DNA of 32,000 bases from Microseira sp. BLCC-F43. Lineage in GTDB: Bacteria; Cyanobacteriota; Cyanobacteriia; Cyanobacteriales; Aerosakkonemataceae. Positions 1-8,069 of this stretch are shown here, in pieces. The position numbers and the translations under genes were made by a program. The first letter of the stretch is position 1; the number at the start of each line of letters is the position of its first letter. The notes under the pieces were generated by a model. It searched no databases, had not been told where the DNA came from, and saw only the letters and a program-made list of their open reading frames with translations. The stretch is from assembly GCF_041929235.1 (NCBI RefSeq), contig NZ_JBHFNP010000022.1, positions 97,330-129,329 of the forward strand, in the 5' to 3' direction.

Positions 1-686
1 TATCGATGAATTTTAACTCGCCTTACAAAGCAACTTCCATCAGCGACTTTTGGCGACGCTGGCACATCACTTTATCCAACTTTCTGCGCGACTATTTATA
101 CATTCCTTTGGGTGGAAGTCGCCGGGGAGAAATCCGCCGCTACACCAATCTTTTCATCACCATGTTATTAGGCGGACTGTGGCACGGTGCGGGTTGGACT
201 TTTGTCATCTGGGGCGGACTTCACGGGGTGTATCTTTGCATCAACCATGGGTGGCGACAGTTGAATAAACCATTGCCTAAATTTTTAGCATGGACGATAA
301 CATTTTTAGCCGTCATCGCTGCTTGGGTATTATTTAGAGCGAAAAACGTGCCAGATGCAATGGAAATTTTGCAGGCAATGGCGGGAATGAAGGGAATAGT
401 ATTCCCGGGAGAAGCGCAAGGTAGGTTAGGGATATTAACCCAATTTGGCATCCAGGTTCAGAGTTGGAAAGACATGGTATACGTCCCCGAAGTAAACGGA
501 AATAAAGCCTTGACTTTAGTTGTTTTAGCCGTGGTAACTGTATGCGCTACTAAGTTACCAAATAGCGAGGAAATGCTCAAAAAATTAAAGCCAAACTGGG
601 GATGGGCAATCTGGATAGGTGCTTTAGCCAGTCTGTCTTTACTTTCACTCAACCGCGTGTCTGAATTCCTTTACTTCCAGTTTTAA
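1..686 (+). CDS. MBOAT-family membrane O-acyltransferase (AlgI/DltB-like), C-terminal part; 5' end lies outside the window
   Basis: ORF is open to the window edge. Motifs WRRWHITLSNFLRDYLYIPLGG and LWHGAGWTFVIWGGLHG are typical of the conserved MBOAT His region. Hydrophobic helices throughout. Confidence 0.85.
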   Translation, partial: SMNFNSPYKATSISDFWRRWHITLSNFLRDYLYIPLGGSRRGEIRRYTNLFITMLLGGLWHGAGWTFVIWGGLHGVYLCINHGWRQLNKPLPKFLAWTITFLAVIAAWVLFRAKNVPDAMEILQAMAGMKGIVFPGEAQGRLGILTQFGIQVQSWKDMVYVPEVNGNKALTLVVLAVVTVCATKLPNSEEMLKKLKPNWGWAIWIGALASLSLLSLNRVSEFLYFQF

Positions 687-697
687 TTTATCCCAAT

Positions 698-1924
698 ATG
701 ACTACAGAACGTCGATTCAATTTAGGTTTCTTAGGTTTCTCCAACCAAAAAAAGCCTCGGGTTTGGGGGAGTAAATACCGTAAGTTTAACTTACTTGTAT
801 TAATAGCGGCATTCACTCCGATGGCGGCGGTAGGTTTATTCAATGTCGCCCTCGATCCCTACGGAGTTTTTGATAGTCCGAAAATCGCGGGAATCAATCA
901 ATCAAAACCGAGAAAGGGAAACAACGATAGGTTATTCAAAGCTACCGATATTATTCGGATTAAACCGGCGACGCTTTTGTTTGGTTCGTCTAGAACCAGA
1001 CAAGGTTTAGATCCAAATTATGCGGCTTTAAAGGATAAACAACCAGCGTATAACTTGGGACTAAATGGCGCGAATCCTTACGAACAACTGCGGTATTTGG
1101 AACATGCGATCGCTAACAACAAAAACCTGAAGACCGTCATCATCGGCATTGATTTCTTTATGTTCAATGCCTACAACCAAAATCAACCGGGTTTTACGGA
1201 AGAAAGATTGGAAAAGCAAAGCATTAGTTTACCAGACACCATGAATGTTGTCTTTTCCATCGATGCCCTTTTTTCCAGTCTAGAAACCCTGGATTCGAGT
1301 AAAAATCCCCAAAATAAAGAAGGGGATAGCCTCAAAGGATTTATGCCTTATAAGAACATCGATTTAGGCAAAAAGGTAACTGATTGGAGGTTTGTTAATT
1401 CTTATAAGGTTTATTTCAAAAACCATGCCAAGTATCAGCTATCGGAGAAATATTTAGCTGATTTTAAAACATTTGTCGAAACCTGCAAAAAACACGGCAT
1501 AACCTTAAAAGTCTATATCTCTCCAGGACATGCCACAGATAACGAAGCAATTCGATCAACTGGACATTGGTCAACCCAAGAAAAGTGGAAACGCGAGATT
1601 GTAAAAATAGTCCCGGTTTGGGATTTTTCTGGCTATAACAGCATTACGTCCGAACCGATTAAAGCAGGCATGAAAAATTACGCCGACAGTTCCCACTATC
1701 GGGAAAATATCGGCAATTTAATCCTGAATCGGGTGCTAAATTATCAATCGAATACAGTGCCTAAAGACTTCGGAGTCCTCATTACTCCAGAAAATCTCGA
1801 ATCCCATCTAGCTAAAATTAACGCTAACCGGGAAAATTGGTTCGTAAAAAACCAGAAAGAAGCCAAGTTAGTGGAAAATATAAAGCGCGATTATGACAAA
1901 CTAATTGCCGAAGAAAATAAATAG
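698..1924 (+). CDS. N-terminally anchored DltD/SGNH-like protein, probable extracytoplasmic acyl-transfer partner of the MBOAT
   Basis: Starts 11 nt after the MBOAT stop. One N-terminal TM (LLVLIAAFTPMAAVGLFNV). FGSSR motif (aa 95-99) resembles the DltD/SGNH block I serine, and DSSH (in NYADSSHYR) resembles SGNH block V DxxH. Confidence 0.55.
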   Translation: MTTERRFNLGFLGFSNQKKPRVWGSKYRKFNLLVLIAAFTPMAAVGLFNVALDPYGVFDSPKIAGINQSKPRKGNNDRLFKATDIIRIKPATLLFGSSRTRQGLDPNYAALKDKQPAYNLGLNGANPYEQLRYLEHAIANNKNLKTVIIGIDFFMFNAYNQNQPGFTEERLEKQSISLPDTMNVVFSIDALFSSLETLDSSKNPQNKEGDSLKGFMPYKNIDLGKKVTDWRFVNSYKVYFKNHAKYQLSEKYLADFKTFVETCKKHGITLKVYISPGHATDNEAIRSTGHWSTQEKWKREIVKIVPVWDFSGYNSITSEPIKAGMKNYADSSHYRENIGNLILNRVLNYQSNTVPKDFGVLITPENLESHLAKINANRENWFVKNQKEAKLVENIKRDYDKLIAEENK

Positions 1925-1946
1925 CAAATTCAACCAATATATAGTC

Positions 1947-3632
1947 ATGAAACAACCCCGGATCTTCGAGATGCTAAATTTGATAAAAAATCAGAAGCTT
2001 ATTATGACAAGCTGGCAAATTTTGCTCGTTATTATATTAGTCTTAGGGTTGTTTTTCCGATTCGCGAATCTCGACCGTAAAGTCTACTGGAGCGATGAAA
2101 CTTTTACTTCCATAAGAGTTTCTGGCTACACAGCAGAAGCATATACAAATAAAATTTTGGAGGGGAATGAATTAGGAATAAAAGACTTTCACAAATATCA
2201 GCATCTCAATTCAGAAAAGAGTTTGCCTGACTTAGTTAATGGATTGGCAGTAGAAGAACCCCAAAACCCACCCCTTTATTTTATGATGGTGCGATTTTGG
2301 GTGCAGTGGTTTGGTGAATCAGCGGCAATTACAAGAAGTTTTTCTGCCGCAATTAGTTTGCTATCATTGCCTTGCATTTATTGGCTATGCCACGAATTAT
2401 TTGGATTACCTTTAGCTGGTGCGATCGCAATGGCACTACTAGCAAGTTCACCATTGCACGTCTTGTACGCACAGGAAGCGCGACCCCATAGTTTGTGGAC
2501 GCTGACAATTTTACTATCCGGTGCAGCACTGCTGCGAGCAATTCGCCTGGGAACAAAGCTCAACTGGAGTATTTATGCAGTCGCTCTAGCTTTGAGCCTT
2601 TATACTTATATGTTTTCGGCGTTGGTGGCGATTGGACATGGCATTTATGTAGTTGTAAACTCAGGCTTTCGATTCACCAAAACAGTTAAGGATTACTTAA
2701 TTGCTTCTCTGGCGGGTATTTTACTTTTCTCACCTTGGATATTCGCTATTGTAACCAGCGTTTCAAAAACCCAGGAAACAACTAGCTGGACTAAGTTAAA
2801 AGTGTCTTTAATATTGCTAATAAGGACGTGGCTGCTTAACCTGAGTCGGGTTTTTATTGATTTAGATTATAACTTCCTGACGCGCAATGATTTGATGTAT
2901 TTAGTCATCCCATTAGTGGCAATTTTGTTCTGTTATTCTATTTATTTTTTAGTGAAGATCGCGCCGATAAAAATTTGGTTATTTATTTTAACGTTGATGG
3001 GAGTGACGGCGATGGCTTTAATCCTGCCGGATTTAATTGTAGGCGGGAGACGCTCTAGTGTAGTGCGATATGTCATCCCCTGTTATTTGGGAATTCAGTT
3101 AGCGATCGCATACCTTTTCGCTGCTAAGATATCTATGTCTTTTCAAATCTGGCAACAGAGGTTATGGCGGATTGCTATGGTCGCACTGATTTCGGGTGGA
3201 ATTGTCTCTTGTGCAGTCAGTTTTCAAGCACAAAGTTGGTGGAATAAATACAACAGCTTCCATATACCCGATGTCGCTAGCATTATTAATCAATCCGAAC
3301 GCCCACTTGTTCTCTGGTCGGGTGTACCTCCTCTAGATTTAACTTATTTACTAAATCCAAATGTAAAACTTCAGCCAGTGATGCGTCAAACCATTGATCT
3401 GCCCGATGGGGAGAGAGTCCAAAAACATTCATTAAAACCTATTGCTGAAGGATTCAGCGATATTTTTGCCTTCGGTCATAACGACCCGAATTCCCACCTA
3501 GTTCAAGAATTTTTGCAGCAACAGCAGTATAAGCTAAAAGAAGTTCATCGCTCGAAGCGATGGATAGATCCGGTTTATGAAACGAAACTCGTACTTTGGA
3601 GGGTGTCAAAGGCACAAAAAACCAATAAATAA
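1947..3632 (+). CDS. GT-C fold membrane glycosyltransferase (GT39 / ArnT-PMT-like)
   Basis: Polytopic membrane protein. First-loop motif YWSDETF (DE motif of ArnT/PMT-type enzymes). ATG at 1947 is preferred over the TTG at 1905, which overlaps the upstream gene. Confidence 0.7.
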   Translation: MKQPRIFEMLNLIKNQKLIMTSWQILLVIILVLGLFFRFANLDRKVYWSDETFTSIRVSGYTAEAYTNKILEGNELGIKDFHKYQHLNSEKSLPDLVNGLAVEEPQNPPLYFMMVRFWVQWFGESAAITRSFSAAISLLSLPCIYWLCHELFGLPLAGAIAMALLASSPLHVLYAQEARPHSLWTLTILLSGAALLRAIRLGTKLNWSIYAVALALSLYTYMFSALVAIGHGIYVVVNSGFRFTKTVKDYLIASLAGILLFSPWIFAIVTSVSKTQETTSWTKLKVSLILLIRTWLLNLSRVFIDLDYNFLTRNDLMYLVIPLVAILFCYSIYFLVKIAPIKIWLFILTLMGVTAMALILPDLIVGGRRSSVVRYVIPCYLGIQLAIAYLFAAKISMSFQIWQQRLWRIAMVALISGGIVSCAVSFQAQSWWNKYNSFHIPDVASIINQSERPLVLWSGVPPLDLTYLLNPNVKLQPVMRQTIDLPDGERVQKHSLKPIAEGFSDIFAFGHNDPNSHLVQEFLQQQQYKLKEVHRSKRWIDPVYETKLVLWRVSKAQKTNK

Positions 3633-3676
3633 ATTGGCGATAATTCAAAATATAGTTATTAGCAGCAGGTAAAGAC

Positions 3677-4687
3677 ATGCTAGACCGCTTACAAGAAATC
3701 AAAACACCCTCGCTGAAAAACCAGCGCATTGCCGTTTTGCTACCTTGTCGCAACGAGGGTTTAACTATTGCCCAAGTAGTGGCAGGTTTTCAAGCGGCGC
3801 TACCAGAGGCGAAAATCTACGTGTACGATAACCGCTCCACCGATAATACAGCAGAACAGGCAGCGGCGGCGGGTGCGATCGTGCGGTACGAACGCATTCC
3901 AGGTAAAGGAAACGTCGTTCGGCGAATGTTTGCCGATATCGAGGCGGATATCTACGTCATGGCAGATGGGGACAACACCTACGAAGCAGCGGCAGTCCGC
4001 AGACTGATCCAGTTTTTGTTAGTTGAACGACTGGACATGGTAGTAGGTGCGAGACGCGAGATAGCCAAAGATAGCGAAGCTTACCGTCCCGGTCACCGCT
4101 TCGGTAATATATTTCTCAAAACCTGCGTTCAATTACTATTTGGAGCGCGCCTAGTCGATATGCTTTCTGGATATCGGGTCTTCTCCCGTCGATACGTCAA
4201 ATCTTTTCCCGCACTATCGAATGGGTTCGAGATTGAAACCGAGTTTACAGTACACGCCCTTGAACTGAAAATGCCGTTTATTGAAGAACCGACGTTATAT
4301 GGTTCGCGTCCGCCCGGTTCAACTAGCAAACTCAGGACATTTCAAGATGGTTGGCGAGTTTTAGGGACGGCAATTTTGTTATTTAAAGAAGCGCGACCTT
4401 TTCTATTTTTTGGCATTATCTTTCTGCTGCTGGCAGCATTTTCCATCCTTTTAGGTATTCCCGTTGTCGAAGATTTTTTCCAAACTGGATTAGTACCGCG
4501 ATTTCCCACTGCAATTTTAGCAGCGTCCACAATGTTGCTCGCTTTTCTCAGCCTCACCTGCGGGATGATTTTAGATTCAGTAGCGCGCGGGCGGCGAGAA
4601 ACCAAACGCATGGTTTATCTTTCCTATCCCGCACCCGAAGCGGGGATTTATGAAAGTGCAACTGATGAAAGTCATCCCCTCAATTAA
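3677..4687 (+). CDS. GT2 family glycosyltransferase with two C-terminal TM helices (GtrB/ArnC/polyprenyl-phosphate sugar synthase-like)
   Basis: N-terminal IAVLLPCRNEG, then DNRSTDNT and ADGD (DxD) motifs. C-terminal helices FLFFGIIFLLLAAFSILLGIPVV and FPTAILAASTMLLAFLSLTCGMIL. Confidence 0.85.
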   Translation: MLDRLQEIKTPSLKNQRIAVLLPCRNEGLTIAQVVAGFQAALPEAKIYVYDNRSTDNTAEQAAAAGAIVRYERIPGKGNVVRRMFADIEADIYVMADGDNTYEAAAVRRLIQFLLVERLDMVVGARREIAKDSEAYRPGHRFGNIFLKTCVQLLFGARLVDMLSGYRVFSRRYVKSFPALSNGFEIETEFTVHALELKMPFIEEPTLYGSRPPGSTSKLRTFQDGWRVLGTAILLFKEARPFLFFGIIFLLLAAFSILLGIPVVEDFFQTGLVPRFPTAILAASTMLLAFLSLTCGMILDSVARGRRETKRMVYLSYPAPEAGIYESATDESHPLN

Positions 4688-4735
4688 CAGCCTAATCATC
4701 TCTTACGCACCTTATTTAAACCATAGCGAGGCAGG

Positions 4736-6328
4736 ATGAAGACCGTTACAAAAATAGCCCTAATTGCCTTATTATGGCTAACCGTCATCAACTCAGGTAG
4801 TCTGGGAAGTTTAGATACCGACCTGAGATTGCAGATGGCTAACGCCTGGTGGACGGGAACTGAAGAAGTAAGAATTCCCCCTGGATATAAACTCAAGGTG
4901 CGGGGAGATATCGTCGCCGGAATTATGGGAGTTGGGGGTAAGCGTTACATCGCTTACGAACAAGGACAGTCGGTGCTGATGCTTCCTGGAGATTGGTTGG
5001 GAACTCAACTGCATCGCTGGTTTCCCGCAATTCCCGAAAAAGATATGCGGGATTTAGTCGTTAATTTCTTAATTTTTATCCCGTTAAATATCGCTGCTGT
5101 AGTTGCTTGTTTTTGGTTGCTGACGCTGTTTAATTTTAGCGAGAGAGTCTCTGGTTTAGCCAGCCTTCTATTATTACTCGGTACGACGTTTTTGCACTAC
5201 GCCCAAGTGCATCAACATAACAATCAAGTGCTGCTGTTTGTCACGATTGGTTACGCTGGTGCTTTAGCTTGCACGCTGCGGGGAAATCTGCGGATGGCTG
5301 CTATTAGCGGGTTGGCTTTGGGTGGGACGGTTTTGCTCAGAATTACCAGCACGATTCATGGCTTTACCATACTAACTTTTCTCGTCGGTTGTATGGCTTA
5401 TAAAACCCGCGACAAGGATAAAACTATCAAGGCGGCGGGACTTTGGATCGCTGGTTTTATTCCCGTTGCTTTGGTAGGAAGAATTTTTGATTTCATCCGC
5501 TACGGCAGCTTTTTTGCCACGGGTAAAAGTGTAGAAAAACAGCAATTAGCCACCGATCCAATGTGGACGGGATTGCCCGATTTACCCGCAAATTATCCCT
5601 TGGTAAATGAACCGCATGTCGGGATTTTAGGGGCGCTGATTACACCGGCAAAAAGTATTTTTATTTACGATCCGTTACTGATACCTTGCATAATCTTGGG
5701 AATTATTTTCTGGAAACGACTTTCCCCTTATATTCAGTGGTATCTGATTACCGGGTTTTTTAACCTGGGTTTACATTTAGCTGCTTATAGTCGATTCATT
5801 TTCTGGCACGGTGATTCAGCTTGGGGTGCAAGGTATCAAGTTACCACGGTTCAGATGATACTGATTCCGCTGCTGGGATTGTTCGTGCATCAAATTTTAT
5901 CGGAACGGGGGTTAAGGGCTTGGCTGATGCGTGGTATTGTAACGATAGCCATCATGGTGCAAATTGCCTCTGTGACCATGCCAATGAATCTGGAGATCTT
6001 TCAAACCCAGGTGGGAATGCCAGGGAGTCGCTTGGACTTCCGGTTAGCTCAACGTTTGACTAATATGGTTTGCTTGGTCAACAGTTCTTTTTCTAGGGGG
6101 TGCGTTGAAAGAAATCCTGATAAAAAGCGTTTTGTACAAGAGTGGAATCACATCTATTTTCTGCCGTTTAATTTCAGCCATAAAGCGGCGGAGAATCCAA
6201 ATTTAGTTAATTTTACCAGGATTTTGTATGGGTTATGGGGATTAGTTTTAGTCGGCGCGATCGCTGCCACTCTCTGGTTCGTTTTTTGGTCATCTGGTCA
6301 AGCACCAGAGTTGATGAAATTGAGTTAA
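4736..6328 (+). CDS. Polytopic integral membrane protein, possibly a second GT-C-like transferase (unclassified)
   Basis: 530 aa with more than 10 predicted hydrophobic helices. N-terminal signal/TM followed by an acidic loop (SLDTDLRLQ). Lies in an operon between the GT2 gene and the small 4-TM protein. Confidence 0.5.
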   Translation: MKTVTKIALIALLWLTVINSGSLGSLDTDLRLQMANAWWTGTEEVRIPPGYKLKVRGDIVAGIMGVGGKRYIAYEQGQSVLMLPGDWLGTQLHRWFPAIPEKDMRDLVVNFLIFIPLNIAAVVACFWLLTLFNFSERVSGLASLLLLLGTTFLHYAQVHQHNNQVLLFVTIGYAGALACTLRGNLRMAAISGLALGGTVLLRITSTIHGFTILTFLVGCMAYKTRDKDKTIKAAGLWIAGFIPVALVGRIFDFIRYGSFFATGKSVEKQQLATDPMWTGLPDLPANYPLVNEPHVGILGALITPAKSIFIYDPLLIPCIILGIIFWKRLSPYIQWYLITGFFNLGLHLAAYSRFIFWHGDSAWGARYQVTTVQMILIPLLGLFVHQILSERGLRAWLMRGIVTIAIMVQIASVTMPMNLEIFQTQVGMPGSRLDFRLAQRLTNMVCLVNSSFSRGCVERNPDKKRFVQEWNHIYFLPFNFSHKAAENPNLVNFTRILYGLWGLVLVGAIAATLWFVFWSSGQAPELMKLS

Positions 6329-6350
6329 TTAATGTAAGTAAGGGGTTGAG

Positions 6351-6683
6351 ATGAATAACGTATTAATTCTGATAGCTCTAGTTCCATTCTCGGTTGTCCT
6401 GAATACAATGGGTCAGATTTTACTAAAATCAGGCTCGGGTCAAGGAATGGTAAATCTCAACGTGTTCTTGGGACTTGTTGCTTATGCTGTCAGTACTGTT
6501 TCCTATATTTTAATCTTAAAAAGACTGAACGTATCGGTGGCTTATCCTTTGGTTTTTGGTTTGACGATTGTTGCCACAACTTTGGCGGGATCCAATATTT
6601 TAAAGGAGTCAGTGACGGTGCAACAGTGGATGGGTGTCGGGTTGGTAATTAGCGGAATTTGTGCAATTAGTTTTGGTAAATAA
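6351..6683 (+). CDS. Small 4-TM SMR/EamA-half protein (ArnE/ArnF-like candidate flippase subunit)
   Basis: 110 aa with four evenly spaced hydrophobic segments. Size and topology match SMR/ArnE-F. Starts 22 nt after the upstream gene. Confidence 0.6.
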   Translation: MNNVLILIALVPFSVVLNTMGQILLKSGSGQGMVNLNVFLGLVAYAVSTVSYILILKRLNVSVAYPLVFGLTIVATTLAGSNILKESVTVQQWMGVGLVISGICAISFGK

Positions 6684-6687
6684 GATA

Positions 6688-6734
6688 GGGGAATTGGTAA
6701 TTGGAAATTGGTAATGGCTAATTGCTAATTGCTT
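6688..6734. repeat. Heptamer tandem repeats (GGAATTG/GTAATTG/GCTAATT)
   Basis: Direct reading: ggggaattggtaattggaaattggtaatggctaattgctaattgctt. Confidence 0.9.
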
Positions 6735-6853
6735 AATAAACAGTGTGGAAAATTCAGGCATGATTCCTGAAAAAACTTATGGTAGTTTGAATAAATTGAA
6801 TAAGATACCAGGGTGAATAGGTTAAGAAACTGATTAATTTGAAAGGAAGAATA

Positions 6854-7855
6854 ATGTTGCAACAACCGATGACAGGAATTGCTATTACGGGTAGTGGTTC
6901 GGCTACACCAAGGCTGGCTGTAGATAATTATATGCTCTCGCAGGTGGTCGAAACATCAGATGAATGGATTGCTTCGCGCACGGGGATTAAGCAGCGACGA
7001 TTGGCAGATCCTCAAACCAGTTTAAGCGCGATCGCAACTATTGCAGCACAGAATGCGATCGCTATGGCAGGCATTACGCCAATGGATATCGATTTAATTA
7101 TTCTGGCAACATCCAGCGCCGACGATTTATTTGGTAGCGCTTGTCAAGTTCAGGCAGAATTAGGAGCTTCTCGAGCTGTTGCTTTCGACCTCACTGCCGC
7201 CTGTTCGGGATTTGTTTTTGGTTTGGTGACCGCAGCACAATATATCAGAACCGGCGTTTATCAAAATATATTGTTAATTGGCGCCGATATGCTTTCTCGC
7301 TGGGTAGATTGGTCAGACCGTAGCACTTGTGTATTATTCGGCGATGGAGCGGGTGCTGTAGTACTTCAAGCAAGCGAAAAAGATCGCCTGCTTGGTTTTG
7401 AACTCCGCAGCGATGGAACGCAAAATAAATCCCTCAATCTCGCTTATCAAGGACAAGCGAAAGAATTATTTGAAGGCACAACAATTAGTCAGGGAAATTA
7501 TCACCCGGTTACCATGAACGGTCAAGAAGTGTATCGCTTTGCCGTGCAGAAAGTTCCCGAAGTAATTGAAAAAGCTTTACATCGGGCAAATTTAAGCGTC
7601 GAGGGGGTAGACTGGTTACTGTTGCATCAAGCAAATCAACGGATATTGGATGCAATCGCCAACCGTCTCAAAATACCTACCGAAAAAGTTATCAGCAATC
7701 TTGCTAACTACGGCAATACTTCCGCCGCTTCTATTCCCCTCGCTTTGGATGAACAAGTAAGACAGGGAAAAATTAAACCAAACGACACAATTGTAACTTC
7801 AGGTTTTGGTGCCGGACTGACTTGGGGTGCAGCAATTTTCCAATGGGGAAGGTGA
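6854..7855 (+). CDS. fabH: 3-oxoacyl-ACP synthase III
   Basis: GIAITGSGSATP N-terminus, active-site region DLTAACSGFVFGL, HQANQRI and GNTSAASIPLAL motifs. ATG at 6854 is preceded by an AAGGAAG Shine-Dalgarno sequence. Confidence 0.92.
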   Translation: MLQQPMTGIAITGSGSATPRLAVDNYMLSQVVETSDEWIASRTGIKQRRLADPQTSLSAIATIAAQNAIAMAGITPMDIDLIILATSSADDLFGSACQVQAELGASRAVAFDLTAACSGFVFGLVTAAQYIRTGVYQNILLIGADMLSRWVDWSDRSTCVLFGDGAGAVVLQASEKDRLLGFELRSDGTQNKSLNLAYQGQAKELFEGTTISQGNYHPVTMNGQEVYRFAVQKVPEVIEKALHRANLSVEGVDWLLLHQANQRILDAIANRLKIPTEKVISNLANYGNTSAASIPLALDEQVRQGKIKPNDTIVTSGFGAGLTWGAAIFQWGR

Positions 7856-7888
7856 CTTGAGCAGGTGAGCAATGCTAGTTATAAACTC

Positions 7889-7959
7889 GCTAATTGCTAA
7901 TTGCTAATTGCTAATACAGCATTTCTCCTAACACTAGCCATTAGCCATTAGCCATTAGC
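7889..7959. repeat. Heptamer arrays GCTAATT x3-4 and GCCATTA x3
   Basis: Direct reading. Confidence 0.9.
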
Positions 7960-7994
7960 TCCAGGTTTGAAATAACTAGCAACTTGAGTTAATA

Positions 7995-8069
7995 GGTAAT
8001 TGGTAATTGGATTCATTCGTGCTGGAACCGTGACAATTACCAATTACCAATTACCCATTACCTATTACC
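7995..8069. repeat. Inverted GGTAATT / AATTACC heptamer arrays forming a long hairpin between convergent fabH and the ABC gene
   Basis: GGTAATTGGTAATT (7995-8008) is complementary to AATTACCAATTACC in 8034-8049. The loop is ~23 nt. Confidence 0.8.

Noticed and set aside
1905-1946. TTG start at 1905 for the GT39-like gene (20-nt overlap with the upstream gene)
   Set aside because: The ATG at 1947 (or 2004, just before the first TM helix) is more plausible. The extra N-terminal residues (MPKKINSKFNQYIV) carry no recognisable signal. The start remains uncertain.
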